From NCBI GenBank assembly GCA_023898625.1, contig CP060231.1, forward strand, positions 276,258 to 340,257: a stretch of DNA of 64,000 bases, in the 5' to 3' direction. Of the stretch, positions 35,315 to 44,685 are shown piece by piece; within the stretch, counting starts at the first letter, position 1; the number at the start of each line of letters is the position of its first letter. This DNA comes from Candidatus Nomurabacteria bacterium. GTDB lineage: Bacteria > Patescibacteriota > Saccharimonadia > Saccharimonadales > JAGQNJ01. Made by a program: the position numbers and the translations under genes. The notes beneath the pieces were generated by a model. That model was given only the letters and a program-made list of their open reading frames with translations, made no database searches and had not been told where the DNA came from.

Positions 35315-36361
35315 TCAGGACTGTGACGTACTGGAGACATATGCCTTTAGAGCAGGCTCAAGCGTTACGACATGCGAACCACCATAAACAACAAATGGAC
35401 TTTTGCCACTATTGTATGCTTCTAGAATATGATTAAAGATTACCCTATCTCTCATCTCCATGCTCAGTTTAGCCACCTCATTGAGCCTATGTTCACCAGA
35501 CCAGTTAAGTTTATCCATCGTTATCTCGGAAATATCATCAGCAAATTCAGGATTAATTGCAACTTTGCCATCCACTAAAACCAGCAGATCTTTATTGTCT
35601 AGAATAGGTTTGTATAATTTATTGAGGCTTGGGAGAATCTGCGCGACTTTGTTATTCAATTCGACTTTCAGCTCATCAAACTTGCCACTTTCTATAATCT
35701 CCTGCTTTTCGGCCTCTGAAAAGGTATAAAATCCATCAATACCTAAGGTTGCGGCGTGATGGTTGATATAGCCTGCCAGAAAATCAGTCTCACCACTAGA
35801 TACCTGTGTCTCGAGACCACGAGCAACATATAAAGCCAGAAGCTCCTCTCTACTAACACCAAGTTGTTCCATAACAGCCACAACTTCTGATTCAGTAGGC
35901 TCGCCAGGTATAGCGGGTACGTTCTCTTTGTTGGCCAGGTGTTGAATTAAACCAGAATCGGTGGCCTGGGTAATCGCTTCATCTCTATCCGTAAATAGTC
36001 TTTCGTCGCCCTCATAAATCACACATCTTCTTTCTGGTGGAGTAATAGCTATGTAGTCAGCAAAGGCCGCTTCGGTATCTCGCATACTTTCTGCTTCAGG
36101 ACGACTCTCGTGTCCCGATACGACTTGCCCAGTATCTGGATCAATCTTGATTGAGGCAACCAATGTTATAGATTTGTCATCATCACCAATATTTACAATT
36201 TGAACTTTGCCATCTGCTATCCGCTCTTGATTAGCTTGTTCATACTCAGCACTTCCTATCGGATTGTAGTGCTCCCAGGCCAGTTCCTCTTGCGGATTTA
36301 CCATATATTCTGAAGTTTGTTCCTGTTGGATTGTTTCGTCTAGGTTGTGCGTATCTCCCAT
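35315..36361 (-). CDS. hypothetical acidic protein
   Basis: 348-aa ORF. No confident domain. Confidence 0.5.
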   Translation of the reverse strand: MGDTHNLDETIQQEQTSEYMVNPQEELAWEHYNPIGSAEYEQANQERIADGKVQIVNIGDDDKSITLVASIKIDPDTGQVVSGHESRPEAESMRDTEAAFADYIAITPPERRCVIYEGDERLFTDRDEAITQATDSGLIQHLANKENVPAIPGEPTESEVVAVMEQLGVSREELLALYVARGLETQVSSGETDFLAGYINHHAATLGIDGFYTFSEAEKQEIIESGKFDELKVELNNKVAQILPSLNKLYKPILDNKDLLVLVDGKVAINPEFADDISEITMDKLNWSGEHRLNEVAKLSMEMRDRVIFNHILEAYNSGKSPFVVYGGSHVVTLEPALKAYVSSTSQS

Positions 36362-36557
36362 TAGCCTATTATACTCCTTTAGGGTACTTGTAGCAGATCA
36401 ATTAGATATTTAATGGGCAGACTGAGCTTGTTTGTATGAAAAACAAGTATGGTTTCTATTACGCAATAGTTTCACTTCCTGTAATAAAACATTAGGTTTG
36501 CTTTACAAAACAAAAAAGCAGTCCTTTTAGGCGACACTTCCACAAGAAAGCCAACTT

Positions 36558-36576
36558 CTGGCGGAAGGGGTGGGAT
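36558..36576 (-). repeat. 19-nt duplicate of the tRNA-Ser(CGA) 3' end (att-like scar)
   Basis: CTGGCGGAAGGGGTGGGAT at 36558-36576 is identical to 36697-36715, the 3' acceptor/T-stem of the tRNA plus 1 nt. The similarity extends a few more nt with one indel. Confidence 0.7.
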
Positions 36577-36697
36577 GGTAGATATCCGCCTGTTTGCAAG
36601 CTAAAGCTTGCGGGGGATATACGAACCGCATTGGGTTCAAATCCCTTGTTTTCTTTACAGAAAACAAAAAACTTACCCTTTTGGCAAGTTTCCTTCC

Positions 36698-36789
36698 TGG
36701 CGGAAGGGGTGGGATTCGAACCCACGGTACCAGTTGCCCGGCACAACTGTTTTCGAGACAGTCCAGTTCAACCACTCCTGCACCCTTCC
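36698..36789 (-). tRNA. tRNA-Ser (anticodon CGA), CCA encoded
   Basis: Manual fold: 7-bp acceptor GGAAGGG/CCCTTCC, anticodon arm ACTGT-CTCGAAA-ACAGT, long variable arm, T-loop GGGTTCGAATCCC. Confidence 0.9.
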
Positions 36790-36881
36790 GTTAGCTACAC
36801 TATAAACTATTGCTGTTACCTCTGTAAATATGCTAATATACTTATTGTTGCAAATCCATAAGAATGTATATGTATAGTTTT

Positions 36882-36958
36882 GCACCCGTAGCTCAGCTGG
36901 ATAGAGCGTTGGCTTGCGGAGCCAGAGGCCACAGGTTCGAATCCTGTCGGGTGTACCA
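36882..36958 (+). tRNA. tRNA-Arg (anticodon GCG), CCA encoded
   Basis: Manual fold: acceptor with G1-U72, D-arm GCTC/GAGC, anticodon loop TTGCGGA, T-arm ACAGG-TTCGAAT-CCTGT. Confidence 0.85.
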
Positions 36959-38164
36959 TTCTAGACGGAGAGCCTCAAGAAGGCTCTTTTTCATCTGTTG
37001 AGACATTGTTCTAACCTTTTCTATCTCAGCAACGAAGTGTTTTGTGTTTTCCTGCAATGGTAATAGCCATTCGTTAGGTGTTATTTGCAGTTTTCCGTCT
37101 AAAAGCACTGGGTTCTGACCAATTACTAACAGTATTTCTTTCTTATCAGCTATATCACCGTTTACGAACTTAGCGTTAGCGTTCATGAACTTACTTATTA
37201 GATTAGTCATATAGTCGTACCAGCTCTCAGTGTTTTCATTACTGGTAGCCTGTTGCTTATGCAGTTCTTTTAATTCAGCCTTGAGCTTTGCAGATTTCTC
37301 TATAAAGTCTTTTTCTTCTACGAGCTTGCGAGTAGACATGTCTAACAGGGTATCTAGCTGGTCTTTTAAGCCCCTTATAGCTTGCTCCTGCATAGTTTCT
37401 ACACTCTTACGCTCTGGTATCTCAGCTTGTGCCATTTGGTTAATAGCATCCATGCTTCAATCATAGAGTTCTGGTATGAGTTCCCAGTTATTCAATTCAT
37501 CTACACATTCTGTAAATAGCTCATCTTCGGTTTTATAACCATACTTCTTAATCTGGCCGCAAGGGCGTTTACCAGTACAGTGACAGTAAGTATTTACATG
37601 TGTAACACCCTTAGAGTTAGTGCGTTCCTTGCTTTGAGCCGTAATCATACAGCCACACTCACCACAGCGTATAAAGCCACGTAGCACGAATTGTTTACGA
37701 GTTGCGAAACGCTTACCACCATGACGACCTAGTAATAGTTGGATTTTGTCGTACTCCTCTTGGGTCATTAAAGCTGGAAAATCTGCTACATACAATTTGT
37801 CTTCATCATAAGGGTCAGGCACCCAACCTGCGTAACGAACGTTACGGAACATGTAATAGAGCGATGAGCGGCCAAGTGGACCGCCACTCTTTTTCTTACG
37901 CTGAACCGTGCGATAGCCCCATTCATTATTCATAATATCTAAGATTTGCTGGACGCTGTATTCGCCTGTAAGCATTAAATCTACAGCCTGACGGAGTAAT
38001 GGAAAGCGTTCAGGGTCTTTGTATACGGTTTTATTTATACGGTCATTCAAGTAGCCCTCTGAGGCTACGCCAGTAATGCCACCAATCTTACGCTTCTTCT
38101 CATTACAACGCTTCACGTCCTTACTCAGCTTCGCTGAGAAGTATTGGGACTGGCTCATAGTCAA
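36893..38164 (-). pseudogene. large serine recombinase remnant: catalytic domain missing, split by an in-frame stop
   Basis: 37457..38164 encodes the recombinase domain plus a zinc beta-ribbon (CGECGCMITAQ...CHC). 36893..37453 encodes the coiled-coil C-terminal part. No N-terminal resolvase domain is present. The last ~22 codons run antisense through tRNA-Arg. Confidence 0.6.
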
Positions 38165-38534
38165 ATTTATCTATAAACCATATGTTGTCGTACTCTCTAT
38201 GTGCTGGATCAGTCTCATGCCAGTCACCCCAGACAGTATTTGCCCACTCTTTGGGTATGTTAGGGTTCACTGACTTGGCAATCTCAAGTTCTTCCTGAGC
38301 GTCTATTACTTGGTTGCGATACCAGTTTTCATCAGAACGAGTTTCAATTACCTCTGCATTGGTTAATGTATTTAATGCCCGTTCTTCACGACTAGCATTC
38401 TTAAAATTATCTGTTTTTGAGAGTTTAGCGTCCCACTCAAAAACCCAGCGTTCATCAAAGAAATCGGTGCCGTTGAAGTACAACGTATTCAGCTTTGTAA
38501 CCACTAATTGTAGCCATTCGTTATTATCTGTCAT
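38121..38534 (-). CDS. hypothetical protein (island-borne)
   Basis: 137-aa ORF overlapping the recombinase remnant by 44 nt. Not resolvase-like. Confidence 0.4.
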   Translation of the reverse strand: MTDNNEWLQLVVTKLNTLYFNGTDFFDERWVFEWDAKLSKTDNFKNASREERALNTLTNAEVIETRSDENWYRNQVIDAQEELEIAKSVNPNIPKEWANTVWGDWHETDPAHREYDNIWFIDKFDYEPVPILLSEAE

Positions 38535-38640
38535 TGGTGTTAGTATATGCGTCCAATAAAGCTAACTCAAATACCAGTGATTAGACCAATTTGAGATAAT
38601 AGATATATAGGGTAAGTACAAAAACAAAAGGAGTCTTATT

Positions 38641-38871
38641 ATGTTTAGCAATCCAGTGGGAAGACCCACAAAAATGAATATCAGAACGATGGTGAAGTTG
38701 GCTGACGCACTGAAGAACAACTACAGCCTGACTGACGCTTGTAAGTGGGCTAGGGTTGGCAGAACCACCTACTACCGACACATAAATAATAACGTGGTCT
38801 TCGCAACTAAGATGAATTATGCGATAGAGTGCCGTGATAAAGTGTCATTTAATTTTGGCACACTCTCCTAG
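38641..38871 (+). CDS. small HTH DNA-binding protein (resolvase/terminase-small-subunit-like HTH)
   Basis: GRPTK...SLTDACKWARVGRTTYYRH helix-turn-helix pattern. 76 aa. Confidence 0.5.
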   Translation: MFSNPVGRPTKMNIRTMVKLADALKNNYSLTDACKWARVGRTTYYRHINNNVVFATKMNYAIECRDKVSFNFGTLS

Positions 38872-39190
38872 TTCAACTTGCTGATTCGTACACGACTATA
38901 ATAAAAGTAGTGTTTCATAATTGGTAGCTCTCTGATGGTGGAAAATGGCGTTGAGGGGTCAAAAATCTGAAAAAATAATGCGTAACGATACGTAGTCAAA
39001 ATCAACCCATTTAGGTGAACGGGATATAGTGCCCTCTGTAAGCGTTCCAGGGGTCGTAGGTGAGGTTTTAAGGCAAAAGTTGAATAAAGTACCGTGTGGA
39101 AAATAAGAAGTACTTTGACATCATTTTACTCATTGACAAGCTTATGCTTTGGTTTCCCGTAACAAGTGTTTATAATTTACACTTAAGAAT

Positions 39191-39883
39191 ATGAGTGAGA
39201 GCCTACACAAACCAACTATTGCTATATTAGCCTCAGGAAGTGGCTCTACAGCCGAGACATTTATCCACGCTACTCAAGATGGTCGTGTTGATGCAGAAGT
39301 CGGTCTAATAGTATGCAATAACCCACCAGAAAAGGCAGGAATATTTGCTAGGGCTTCTAGGTTAAATGCACTCTATGGGCTTGATGTTGAAACTATAGAA
39401 ATAAGTGGTCGTACGCACCCCGATGGCAACGTGGGGCGTGGACAAACACTTAGCGAGTCATCTGCTATATGCGAGCGTATCAGTAACGGTGGCTTTGCTC
39501 ACGTAGCTCTTATGGGTTATATGAAGATGGTTCGCGGTGAACTCATTGAGGAGTACGGCTGGCAACCAATTTACAGTTCTATCTATCAAGCAAGAATGAC
39601 TAACACACACCCAGGTCCACTGCCAGAAACAGAAGACACGTACGGCATACACACTTCTGAACAAGTACTAGAGCTTGGCATGTCTGCTTCACGTCACACA
39701 GTACATCTTGTGGCAGATGGAATAGATAGGGGTCCAAAGATTGCTGAACACCCTGTGGAAGTTATTGAAGGCGATACTGCACAGAGTTTGTTTGATAGAG
39801 TTCAAGTAGTAGAAAAGGCAGCATTGCCATACGTTATAGGTAAGTTCCTGCAGGAACAAGGAGGTTATCTTGGCAATTCATGA
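39191..39883 (+). CDS. purN: phosphoribosylglycinamide formyltransferase-like
   Basis: IAILASGSGST N-terminal motif. Formyltransferase core with NTHPGPLP (variant of NIHPSLLP). 230 aa. Confidence 0.75.
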   Translation: MSESLHKPTIAILASGSGSTAETFIHATQDGRVDAEVGLIVCNNPPEKAGIFARASRLNALYGLDVETIEISGRTHPDGNVGRGQTLSESSAICERISNGGFAHVALMGYMKMVRGELIEEYGWQPIYSSIYQARMTNTHPGPLPETEDTYGIHTSEQVLELGMSASRHTVHLVADGIDRGPKIAEHPVEVIEGDTAQSLFDRVQVVEKAALPYVIGKFLQEQGGYLGNS

Positions 39884-42707
39884 GATTAGAGTCACACCTA
39901 TCGAGGGCGACCCAATTGGACACGAAGCACAGCAAGAAGCGGAACGCACACTTGGCTTAGACAGCATAGAATCAATTCGCACAGCGAAAGTATATCGTGT
40001 TCAGGGTGTGAGCGAAGAAGAAGCACACACGTTAGCGGGACAATTGCTCACAGACCCTGTGAGTGAGCAATACAGTCTTGACGAACCAGTAGGTTTCGAG
40101 ACTCCTCACGTTGTAGAAGTGGCATATAAGCCTGGTGTGATGAACCCAGAAGCATCTTCAATCATGAAAGCCGCTCAAGACCTTGGGATTAGCCAACAAG
40201 CCGTTGATTCTTCAAGGGAGTATGCGTTTTTCGGAGATGTAGAGCCAACTCAAGTCGACGAAGTGGTTGGACGATTACTAATGAACAAAACAGTTGAACA
40301 TGTTGTTACTGAAAAACCATCGTCTCTAACTTTTGAGGGGAATGTTGGACCTATCAGCATAGTTCCTATTAGAGAGGCTTCAGAGCCAGAGTTAGCAGAG
40401 CTATCAAAGGACAAGTTATTTCTTAATGATGAGGAGATGGGTGTCGTTCAGAAGCATTTCCGAAAGCTTGACCGTGATCCAACTGATGCAGAGCTTGAAA
40501 TTATTGCTGCACGTTGGAGTGAGCATTGTGGTCATAAGACGTTCAATGCAAAAGTTGTAGTTGATGGCGTTGAGAAAGAACCGCTCTACACACGTATTAA
40601 GAATGCGGCTAAAGAGCAGTTCGGTGATTTAGTAGTATCAGCATTTGGTGATAATTCAGGTGTTATGAAATTTTATGAGGGTCAAGCTATTTGTGGCAAG
40701 GTTGAGACACACAACAGCCCGTCAGCTATTGAGCCGTACGGTGGTGCAATGACGGGTAGTGGTGGTGTGTTCCGTGACATAATGGGAACTGGTCAGGGTG
40801 CTAAGACAATCATTTCTACTGATATGTTTTGTTTTGCTCCGCCAGACCTTGACGAGAGTCTTTTGCCTTCTGGCACCTTGCGCCCCGATTACCTACAAAG
40901 ACGAGTTGTTCAAGGAGTGCGAGACTATGGTAATCGTATGGGCATTCCAACGGGAAACGGCTCTGTACATTATCACGAAGATTTTAGAGCCAAGCCTACT
41001 GTAATAGTAGGAGCATACGGAATCATGCCAGAGTCACGTGCAGAAAAAGGCGAACCATTGGTCGGTGACCTAGTTGTTATTATTGGTGGCAAAACAGGTC
41101 GTGACGGTATACACGGTGCTACCTTCTCGTCAGGCGAAATGACTGACCGTACAGCTAATGTGAATTCAAGTGCAGTTCAAATTGGAAACGCAATTGAAGA
41201 AAAGCGTATGTTCGATGCTTTAATTGAAGCAAGAGATTTAGGATATATTCGTGCATTAACCGACTGTGGTGCTGCGGGATTCTCATCTGCTATCGGTGAA
41301 ATCGGAGAGAATATCGGTTTAACAGTAGATATTAGCAAGGCACCACTTAAATACCCAGGACTTGCCCCGTGGGAAATCTGGCTTAGTGAATCACAAGAAC
41401 GTATGGTTGCGGCAATCTCACCAGACAACATAGAGGACTTTCTTGCCGTTAGTCGTAAATATAATGTTGAATCCACTGTACTCGGTGTGTTTGATGGGAG
41501 TTATACCTTAACCGTGAATTACGGTGAACAAAATGTTGCAGAACTTGATTACGAGTTCCTGTCTGGCGGTCTACCGCAACGTGTTATGCAAGCACATTGG
41601 AAACGAGTTGATGTACCTGAAGTAAGTCCTGACATTCCACAAAACGAACAAGAGTGGGTTGATAGGCTTAAGGCTGTTCTCTCTCACGGTAATGTTTGTT
41701 CCAAAGAGCCAATAGTTAGACAATATGACCACGGGGTTCAAGGTGGCAATGTTGTTTCTCCTTTTGGAGGCGTAAAGCAAGATGGACCAAATGACGCTCT
41801 GGTCGTACGACCTATGCTTGATAAGCCTTATGGTGTTGTTCAATCCCACGGGATGAACCCAATACTTAATAGGTTAGACCCATTTGAAGGAACAGTCTGG
41901 GCTATTGCTGAGGCTGCAGCAAATTATGTTTCTGCTGGCGGCAACATTGATGAAGCAGCAGCAGTTGGTAACTACATTTGGCCGTTCCCAGATGAAGAAG
42001 CTATGGGTTCACTAGACCGTTCTGTTGACGCTGCTGTAGAAATGATGCAACGGCTGAAGCTTCCTGTTATATCAGGCAAAGACAGTCTCTCATCAACCTA
42101 CCGAGGCAAAGACGGACAAGTTATCAAGATTCCGCCCGTTTACACAATGTCTATATTTGGTCGCATACCTGACGTAGAGAAGACTATGACAAGTGACATA
42201 AAACAAGCAGGATCAACCCTTGTCTTAGTTGGAAATCTAGGCGAAGGAATGGCGGGGTCAGCTTATTATGATATTGCTGGTGGGAGTAGCAACAATATAC
42301 CGCTTGTTGATAAAGAAACACTACCAGCAGTGCTTGGTTCCGTACATCAAGCTATAGTCGGTGGCAAAGTCCTTGCTTGTCACGATATAAGCGAAGGTGG
42401 TGTAATCTCGGCTGTTGCAGAAATGTGTTTTGGTGGCAATGTTGGCGTAGAACTTGAGCCTAATAATGTATCAGTCTCTGAAATGGATAAGTTCCTGTTT
42501 AATGAAACGGCTGGCTGTTTTGTTGTGGAAGTTGAAAGTGATGAAGTAGCACAAGAATTATTCAGCAATGTTCCATACCAAAAGCTTGGTCAAACAACTA
42601 CTGATGAGACTATTCAGGTCCGTGAGCAAAATGGAGTCGTCTTTACTGTAGGTACGGACGAACTTAAGCGTGCATGGCAAGCACCTATGAAAGGGATTTT
42701 TCACTAA
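39870..42707 (+). CDS. purL: phosphoribosylformylglycinamidine synthase subunit PurL with two N-terminal PurS-like repeats
   Basis: TTG start 5 nt after an AAGGAGG RBS. The first ~150 aa hold two PurS-like modules. The rest is small-PurL type (AIR-synthase-like repeats, SESQERM motif). 945 aa. Confidence 0.85.
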   Translation: MAIHEIRVTPIEGDPIGHEAQQEAERTLGLDSIESIRTAKVYRVQGVSEEEAHTLAGQLLTDPVSEQYSLDEPVGFETPHVVEVAYKPGVMNPEASSIMKAAQDLGISQQAVDSSREYAFFGDVEPTQVDEVVGRLLMNKTVEHVVTEKPSSLTFEGNVGPISIVPIREASEPELAELSKDKLFLNDEEMGVVQKHFRKLDRDPTDAELEIIAARWSEHCGHKTFNAKVVVDGVEKEPLYTRIKNAAKEQFGDLVVSAFGDNSGVMKFYEGQAICGKVETHNSPSAIEPYGGAMTGSGGVFRDIMGTGQGAKTIISTDMFCFAPPDLDESLLPSGTLRPDYLQRRVVQGVRDYGNRMGIPTGNGSVHYHEDFRAKPTVIVGAYGIMPESRAEKGEPLVGDLVVIIGGKTGRDGIHGATFSSGEMTDRTANVNSSAVQIGNAIEEKRMFDALIEARDLGYIRALTDCGAAGFSSAIGEIGENIGLTVDISKAPLKYPGLAPWEIWLSESQERMVAAISPDNIEDFLAVSRKYNVESTVLGVFDGSYTLTVNYGEQNVAELDYEFLSGGLPQRVMQAHWKRVDVPEVSPDIPQNEQEWVDRLKAVLSHGNVCSKEPIVRQYDHGVQGGNVVSPFGGVKQDGPNDALVVRPMLDKPYGVVQSHGMNPILNRLDPFEGTVWAIAEAAANYVSAGGNIDEAAAVGNYIWPFPDEEAMGSLDRSVDAAVEMMQRLKLPVISGKDSLSSTYRGKDGQVIKIPPVYTMSIFGRIPDVEKTMTSDIKQAGSTLVLVGNLGEGMAGSAYYDIAGGSSNNIPLVDKETLPAVLGSVHQAIVGGKVLACHDISEGGVISAVAEMCFGGNVGVELEPNNVSVSEMDKFLFNETAGCFVVEVESDEVAQELFSNVPYQKLGQTTTDETIQVREQNGVVFTVGTDELKRAWQAPMKGIFH

Positions 42708-43490
42708 ATGAGCAACCTAGAAGTATGCGTACTAAAGACGGACGGTATTAACTGTGATGAAGAAATGGCGAATGCTTTTCAAGTAGCTGGGGCTACACCT
42801 GAAACCGTACATATTAACCAACTGCGAAGTGGCGAACGTCAGCTTGACCAGTACGGTATTCTAGCAATACCAGGGGGTTTCTCTTACGGAGATGATATTG
42901 CTTCAGGTAAGGTGCTGGCAACAGAGCTTACGTCCTATCTATCTGACCAGTTACAAGATTTTGTCGATAAAGGTAAGCCTGTTATCGGAATCTGTAATGG
43001 CTTTCAGGTGCTTGTTAGGACTGGCTTGTTGCCAAATCGCAAGCTGAATGAACAACAAGTAACTCTTGCTGATAATGAAGTTGGAAGATTTGAGTGTCGC
43101 TGGATTGACCTAGCAGTTGGTCGGTCAGCGTGTAAGTTTGTAAGTCCAGAAGATTTTGCAGAACAACCAATTCCAATGCAAACGGCTCACGGTGAAGGTA
43201 GATTCTTTGGTGGTGAAGATGACATTCGGGAGCTAAAAGAAAACGGACAGTTTGTTTTTCGTTATACTACGCCTGACTTAGGACAGCCGAGTGGCTATCC
43301 TGAAAATCCAAATGGTGCAGTAGACGATATTGCAGGAATTTGTGACCCAAGTGGCTTAGTGCTTGGTATGATGCCACACCCTGAACGCTCAGTGGCTGCT
43401 TTTCACCCACACCGAGTACGCACAGAAGCTGCACGAAACGCAGCAAACACAATTTTTAGTAATATCGTTACTTACGCAAAGGAGATGTAA
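42708..43490 (+). CDS. purQ: phosphoribosylformylglycinamidine synthase glutaminase subunit
   Basis: Class I glutamine amidotransferase motifs (PGGFSYGDD, GICNGFQ, MPHPER). Confidence 0.9.
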   Translation: MSNLEVCVLKTDGINCDEEMANAFQVAGATPETVHINQLRSGERQLDQYGILAIPGGFSYGDDIASGKVLATELTSYLSDQLQDFVDKGKPVIGICNGFQVLVRTGLLPNRKLNEQQVTLADNEVGRFECRWIDLAVGRSACKFVSPEDFAEQPIPMQTAHGEGRFFGGEDDIRELKENGQFVFRYTTPDLGQPSGYPENPNGAVDDIAGICDPSGLVLGMMPHPERSVAAFHPHRVRTEAARNAANTIFSNIVTYAKEM

Positions 43491-44623
43491 TGACTGAACG
43501 AAGAGGACCGATACAGGATGTAAATATTGAGCTTGGTGATGATGTTTCTAAAATGCTGTATGAAGCTTCAAAGCAAACCCACGACAACCGACCAGGCTTG
43601 CTTGTTGAGTTTCACGAATCATTTTCTGGGCTACGAGCAATTCCAGGCACGATGCTTAAAGACGTAGATAATATGTATCTTAATCTTGCATTTGATGGTG
43701 TCGGAACAAAGGTTGAAGTATCAGAAAGGCTTGATGACCATTCAGTTGTAGCACACGATTTATTTGCAATGGTATGTGATGACGCAGTTGTTCGGGGAGC
43801 TGAACCAGTTGCGATAGGCTCAATCTTAGATGTACGGCAGCTTAATGACACAAAACACACTAGAACGGCAGTTAGACAACTATCACAGGGCTATGTTGAA
43901 GCAGCTAAGGCGGCTGGTGTAGTGGTCGTTAATGGTGAAGTTGCCGAACTTGGGGATAGAGTTGGTGGTTATGGGGATTTCAATTATAACTGGGGCGCTA
44001 CGGTACTTTGGTTTGCTCATAAGGACAGAATACTTACGGGTCATGAGATTCAGCCTGGCGATTCACTAGTAGGTCTTGCTGAACACGGTTTCCGCTCAAA
44101 TGGCATTACAGACGTAAGAAAAGCTATGCTGGAACACTACGGACCACAATGGCAAGACGTAGTAGTTAAAGAACTCGGCGAACTTTCATTAGGTAAACTT
44201 GTACAGAAACCATCAATTATTTATTCACGATTCATATCGGAACTTACAGGTGGCTATGACATTGATAAAGAGCCTAAGGCTGTGGTAAGCGGTGTGGCAC
44301 ACATTACTGGTGGTGGGCAGCCAAGTAAGCTAGGCCGAATGCTTGAGCCGTCAGGACTCGGCGTTACTATTGACACACCAATTGAGCCACCACGCATAAT
44401 GACGGAAGTGCAAAAGCTGCGAGGCTTCTCCGACGAAACAGCATACGGTAAATGGCATTTGGGTTCTGGTATGGTTATTGCCACTTCTGAACCAGAAAAA
44501 GTACTCGCAGAAGCAGAAAGCTTTGGACTATCTGCACAGACTATTGGGCAAATCACAGACGAGCCAGGTATCCGTATCAAGAATCGTGGTGCAGTTCAAG
44601 ATTCAGAGTGGCTAAGCTTCTAA
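43490..44623 (+). CDS. purM: phosphoribosylformylglycinamidine cyclo-ligase (AIR synthase)
   Basis: DGVGTK motif and PurM N/C domain architecture. Start overlaps the purQ stop (TAATG). Confidence 0.85.
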   Translation: MTERRGPIQDVNIELGDDVSKMLYEASKQTHDNRPGLLVEFHESFSGLRAIPGTMLKDVDNMYLNLAFDGVGTKVEVSERLDDHSVVAHDLFAMVCDDAVVRGAEPVAIGSILDVRQLNDTKHTRTAVRQLSQGYVEAAKAAGVVVVNGEVAELGDRVGGYGDFNYNWGATVLWFAHKDRILTGHEIQPGDSLVGLAEHGFRSNGITDVRKAMLEHYGPQWQDVVVKELGELSLGKLVQKPSIIYSRFISELTGGYDIDKEPKAVVSGVAHITGGGQPSKLGRMLEPSGLGVTIDTPIEPPRIMTEVQKLRGFSDETAYGKWHLGSGMVIATSEPEKVLAEAESFGLSAQTIGQITDEPGIRIKNRGAVQDSEWLSF

Positions 44624-44685
44624 AGTAGAAAGCTTATGCTTTGTATCTGTTGGTCGGTAGAGCATAATTAGATTAGGTACTAATT

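Noticed and set aside
36577-36697. GGGTTCAAATCCC and a GCAAGC-TAAA-GCTTGC hairpin considered as an additional tRNA gene.
   Set aside because: The T-stem would have only 3 bp, there is no 7-nt anticodon loop, and no acceptor stem lies at tRNA spacing on the plus strand. At most it is a tRNA-derived remnant.
36492-36885. Six overlapping ORFs of 65-84 aa on both strands.
   Set aside because: They cover tRNA-Ser(CGA), its duplicated 3' end and the intergenic spacer. Their reading frames are by-products of tRNA sequence.
38872-39190. Purine or ZTP riboswitch considered upstream of purN (GGGGTCGTAGG resembles the start of the ZTP motif).
   Set aside because: The remaining conserved elements (ACUGGCG, the CCGCCUGGG pseudoknot partner, or the purine-riboswitch junction) are not present.
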